The notes beneath the pieces are model-generated. The model saw nothing but the letters and a program-made list of their open reading frames with translations. It searched no databases and had not been told where the DNA came from. This document shows, piece after piece, positions 60,192-64,000 of a stretch of 64,000 bases of DNA. A program made the position numbers and the translations under genes. How positions within the stretch are numbered: position 1 is the stretch's first letter; every line of letters begins with the position of its first letter. Origin of the DNA: Elainellaceae cyanobacterium (GTDB lineage: Bacteria; Cyanobacteriota; Cyanobacteriia; CAZCXK01); the NCBI GenBank assembly GCA_051117555.1, contig JBNPEG010000013.1:32001-96000 (forward strand), in the 5' to 3' direction.

Positions 60192-60898
60192 TAACCGTCT
60201 TAACGAAAAATTGGGTTGGCACACCAGGAATTGCATTGTTCCTGATGTCCTCGGGCTGTTTGAGAGACATCCTTACAGCCTCACTCCAGATTGGCTGACA
60301 AAACTTTTTGCAGCGGCAGTTGTAGACGCATAGCGGCTTCTCGCAGAGTAACTGCTGCTATACGAGCAAAGCCCGCCTGCACGGGTTGGGGTTTGAGACA
60401 CACCCGTCTTCTGGATGCCAGCGATGCATTCACGGAGTGAGGGCAGGAACTGGCGTTCATTCAGATGGTTAGATGTCGATTAGATGAGTTGATTTTTGAT
60501 AAGTTCATTGCAATCTTCGTCAAAAAATCCAAGGAAAATGGGGCAAATTATTCGATTCGATTTCGTTATTACCTTGGAATTCTATGAGATATCGTTCTGA
60601 ACTTCGGATTGGCATTTAAGCCAATGGCGCTGATATCTAGCTCGTTTGAAACCCACTGATAATCTGGCATGGAACTGTTTAATGAGATTTTGGTCGACGA
60701 TTTTAAGCAATGATTGAAGTCAGAACTCTGTAAAAAAAAGTCGCAACCTAACCATGACTGCGAATACGATGCTTAAATAACTACTAAGAACGTGGAATAA
60801 ACTGCTAATTTTAATGGAAATGTGACTCCTAGCTAGGCTAACCCTTTCAGTTGGTGTGAATGTAAATCGAAATGGGCATTTCTTAACAGAGGTCTGCG

Positions 60899-63800
60899 AT
60901 GGAATTTTGGGAATTCCTTATTCAAAAAGAGGGCGATCGCTCGTGGCTCCCCCTAGAAGCTCCTGAATCAGAGATTTTAGAAGGTCGCTATCGCGTCATC
61001 GCCCGATCGAGCCGAACGAATGTGCCAGTCGAAATTCAGGTTAGCCATCTCGATATAGAGTCTAGTTCGCCCAAGCGCCGTGTTCATACGCGATCGAGTC
61101 TGACCAATCCGGATGGTCTGATGGTCGTCATTCCATTTACGCTGCTCAAGCCCGGTCTGCTCGAACTGCGCTGTACGAGCGACCTCATGAGCGAAATGAT
61201 GGGCGATAGTTGGCAATATTCTGTCAAGCTCCAAGTTCTCTCTCAACATTCCGAAACTGATTTGATAGAGCTTTGGGACCCTGATCCGAGCGATCGCATC
61301 CATGACGTCTCAACAGTTTTAAGTGCTGATTCAAATTCAAATGCTGAGCAGAATACAGAGCGTCAAGAAATCGTCTCTAATCAAGCTGACTTAGCAGATG
61401 CAAGCGCATCGAGTTTACCCGAGGACGATATCACCGCTTCTGATCGTGCTGAGTCTGCTAGTGCAGCAGAAACTCAGCCGGACTTGTCTGCTTCGTCGGA
61501 GGCGGCGATCGCCTCTGAGCCCTCTCCTACAGAAACCTTGGGCGCATCTCTTGAAGCAGCCCATGATCCGTACGTCTCAACCTCTGAAAATTCTAGTGAC
61601 GACGCTCTTCCAGACAACTTGCTTGATGAATTAGAGCGAGAATTGTCTCAGCCTATCGATGAGGAGACCGCGGTCGACGATATTGACGACCTGATGGCTG
61701 CCTTCGAAACGCTCCATGACCCGCAGCCTTCACCCGATACCGAAGCTATCCAGGCTGACGATCCTGACCGTAGCCTGACTCAGGATGACGCGGATCTACT
61801 GTTCGGTCATGAATTTGCGACGGATGACGATTTAGCTGACGATTTGAGCGCGCCTAGTGCGACTCATGTCAGCGGAGAAGGAGGGCAATCCGACGACGCA
61901 TCTGCTGAAGAGCCAGACGCTCTGGATAGCCATGAATCGAGTCCTCCTGACACCGAGCTGTTCGATGCTGATTTTCCTGAGACTGACCTCTCGATCGAAG
62001 ACGATATTGATGCCTTAACTCAGGCGCTCGATCAGGTTGATGAGTCATTTGCTATTAACCCAGATGCGATCGCCCACCTCAGTCATGACGCCCTCTCATC
62101 AGCCGAGATGGGGAATCTCGATCAAATAGCTAGCGAAATGTCGCAGCTTTTTAGTGTCGCTGAGCACATGGCTGAACAAGTCATCGCGTCGATGGCCGAG
62201 ACGTTTGACCAGCTAACGGCGGATGCAGAGTTAGCTGCTGTAGACGATGACGCGCCATTCGAAGATAGTCATAATGCGCTTGTCGACGGTGAAGGGACGA
62301 TATCCCTCGACATTACCCTCGATCAAGAGACATACAGTATTCAACGAGGGCAGCCCCTTCATCTATCGGGGGTGGTTAATGGGATGCACGAAGGTGCGGA
62401 TAGTCTCGACGGCGCGCCCCTCATGCTGCGAGTTCGGTTGACCAATCCTCAAAATGCTGATGTGCTGAGCGAGACAGACTATCCGCTCGATGTTCAATCG
62501 TTGCCCTCTGCATTTGCGTGTTTAGTGGATAGTCTTGATAGCAGTCAGACCCACCTGATCGTGGGACAGATTTTTCTTTTGAGATCAACTGGGGCGGAGA
62601 CTCCTGAGATTCTAACCAACGGGGTTCCATCCAATCGGGCGATCGCATCTCAGTCATTTAATATCACGATTGACCTCGAAGAATTGCTTGATGTCGTTCA
62701 GCAACCTCCAGTTGAGTCTCCATTTGAAGAGGAAACCTCACCCGCTGCATCACCTTTAGATTCAGAGTCGTCTCGCCCTAGCATTGAGAAATCTGAACCC
62801 ACCCCTGGCGATGGTGTGCCGGCTTCTGATGACGAGGCTCAATTTCGAGATAGCACACCCGACGAGGCTCCACTCTTGCCGCCTCAGCTTCGTCACCCCC
62901 ATTCCCAACGAGAAAGACCCAAATCTCCAGAACTTCCCTCCTTTGCCCACAATCCTCCCCCTGCCCATCAGCATGAATCAGCACTGCAAGCGATTCAGAA
63001 TTACCAGGCAGCTAATCTGAGACGCGATGACACCGCATCAGAGCCATCAGCAGATTTGTTTGAAGACGAGAACTTGACTGAGCCGATATTGCTAGGTAAC
63101 GAGTCTGATGAGCCTGCTAGCCCGTCAGATGAGGAAATCGTTGACGATTTTGAAATGCCTGAATTTCTTGCGGGATTGGAGGATGACATCGCTACTGCTG
63201 GGGAAACAGAGCGTCCAGAGATAGCCAGCACTCATCCGGTAGTGGAGAGTCGTGAGGCCGATGAGGACGAGATATTCAGCAATCCTTTTATAGCCGAATC
63301 TAATCCGACCTATTCTCATCCAGTAGACGAGAAGACATCCGACGAAAACGTTTACGAAAATGAACGGTTCAGTGACCTAAGTACTGACGATAGTGGGGTT
63401 CATAATCTATCCGATGACGCGTATGATGAGGCATACGATGAAGCAACACTGCCCCAGTCGACTGCTGAGGACGACAATTACGAAGCGTTTTTTGATGACG
63501 AGACTGCTGATGGGGATGAGGCAGACTACCAGGCAATTTTTGATGAAAATGTGCCTGAGCCTGAGATGGATCCGTTTGAGATTGACCCATTTCTTTATAG
63601 CAATGGTGATGCCGACTCGTCCCAAGATGTCGATGACTCCCTAGCATTTACCGAGGCATCAAACGGTTCATTAGCGTCTACTGAATTATCGGACTCATCC
63701 GAGGCATCATCGGCTGAATTTTCTGAATCATCAGCTGAATTTTCTGAATCATCGACTGGTGAGCCATCCAGTCCGTCATCGATTGAAGTTAGTCAATCGC

Positions 63801-64000
63801 CAGCGCCCAGCAGCGATGATTCGTCTCGACCGACGGGGTCAAAAGCGGCTGAAATCATGCCCGAATGGTATTCGGATGGGCCTTATTGCTTGTTGCCAGG
63901 GGCTGAAAGCACCAGCTACGGAGCGTCAGAATGGGCGCTTCAGACGCTGGCACGCCGACAGGGAATCCTTCCAGAATCAGCCGATGCGTCCGTTGCAGAT
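60899..64000 (+). CDS. Very large acidic hypothetical protein (runs off the right edge of the window)
   Basis: ATG at 60899: MEFWEFLIQKEGDRSWLPLE....EILEGRYRVIARS...NPDGLMVVIPFT.LKPG..ELRC is a conserved-looking N-domain. The frame is open in the segments I translated (start, middle, end), and the track reports no stop-terminated ORF in this frame. Confidence 0.85.
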   Translation, partial: MEFWEFLIQKEGDRSWLPLEAPESEILEGRYRVIARSSRTNVPVEIQVSHLDIESSSPKRRVHTRSSLTNPDGLMVVIPFTLLKPGLLELRCTSDLMSEMMGDSWQYSVKLQVLSQHSETDLIELWDPDPSDRIHDVSTVLSADSNSNAEQNTERQEIVSNQADLADASASSLPEDDITASDRAESASAAETQPDLSASSEAAIASEPSPTETLGASLEAAHDPYVSTSENSSDDALPDNLLDELERELSQPIDEETAVDDIDDLMAAFETLHDPQPSPDTEAIQADDPDRSLTQDDADLLFGHEFATDDDLADDLSAPSATHVSGEGGQSDDASAEEPDALDSHESSPPDTELFDADFPETDLSIEDDIDALTQALDQVDESFAINPDAIAHLSHDALSSAEMGNLDQIASEMSQLFSVAEHMAEQVIASMAETFDQLTADAELAAVDDDAPFEDSHNALVDGEGTISLDITLDQETYSIQRGQPLHLSGVVNGMHEGADSLDGAPLMLRVRLTNPQNADVLSETDYPLDVQSLPSAFACLVDSLDSSQTHLIVGQIFLLRSTGAETPEILTNGVPSNRAIASQSFNITIDLEELLDVVQQPPVESPFEEETSPAASPLDSESSRPSIEKSEPTPGDGVPASDDEAQFRDSTPDEAPLLPPQLRHPHSQRERPKSPELPSFAHNPPPAHQHESALQAIQNYQAANLRRDDTASEPSADLFEDENLTEPILLGNESDEPASPSDEEIVDDFEMPEFLAGLEDDIATAGETERPEIASTHPVVESREADEDEIFSNPFIAESNPTYSHPVDEKTSDENVYENERFSDLSTDDSGVHNLSDDAYDEAYDEATLPQSTAEDDNYEAFFDDETADGDEADYQAIFDENVPEPEMDPFEIDPFLYSNGDADSSQDVDDSLAFTEASNGSLASTELSDSSEASSAEFSESSAEFSESSTGEPSSPSSIEVSQSPAPSSDDSSRPTGSKAAEIMPEWYSDGPYCLLPGAESTSYGASEWALQTLARRQGILPESADASVAD

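Larger units (their letters stand above)
1..64000. repeat. HIP1 octamer GCGATCGC dispersed throughout
   Basis: Dozens of copies in both coding and intergenic DNA, e.g. near 103, 748, 964, 39219 and 39240. Confidence 0.97.

Noticed and set aside
2561..60333. Numerous antisense or alternate-frame ORFs inside well-supported genes (e.g. 19096-19557, 31843-32304, 24882-25283)
   Set aside because: They overlap genes with strong family motifs and have no protein-like signatures of their own.
60250..60410. Cluster of REP/SDR-like fragments after the TPR gene (e.g. CCCGCCTGCACGGG)
   Set aside because: It is probably decayed dispersed repeats, but I could not define boundaries or matching ends.
60977..63647. 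Many short ORFs listed in the last 3 kb
   Set aside because: They are shadows of the single long + strand ORF starting at 60899.
1..64000. tRNA, rRNA, IS transposase or prophage genes
   Set aside because: I saw no cloverleaf or rRNA signatures, and no transposase, integrase or phage ORFs.

Overview
Chromosomal core-genome segment of a cyanobacterium, probably a filamentous Leptolyngbya/Oculatella-like lineage. The basis is the very frequent HIP1 octamer GCGATCGC, ndhM, a four-ACT aspartate kinase, the rne-rnhB operon and an AMIN-domain amidase. It holds about 50 mostly housekeeping genes. I found no rRNA, tRNA, CRISPR array or transposase. Main points of interest: (1) a co-oriented trio of a pseudokinase-PP2C phosphatase, a CHAT(caspase-like)-FHA protease and a protein resembling PatU3, facing an FHA-PrsW protease, which may form a phospho-gated proteolysis module; (2) a glutamine (glnA-motif) riboswitch with an unusually large P2 insert, under an NtcA-overlapped promoter, ahead of a 58-aa DUF4278-like microprotein missing from the ORF track; (3) a structured candidate cis-regulatory RNA upstream of the homospermidine synthase gene; (4) about 90-120 bp hairpin-cored mini-elements with inverted TATAGC or CTAGTAC ends; (5) a pseudogene remnant, a His-tailed HemH-like chelatase and a DUF39 paralog that appears to lack one family cysteine. 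All family assignments come from motif recognition and recall, not from database searches.
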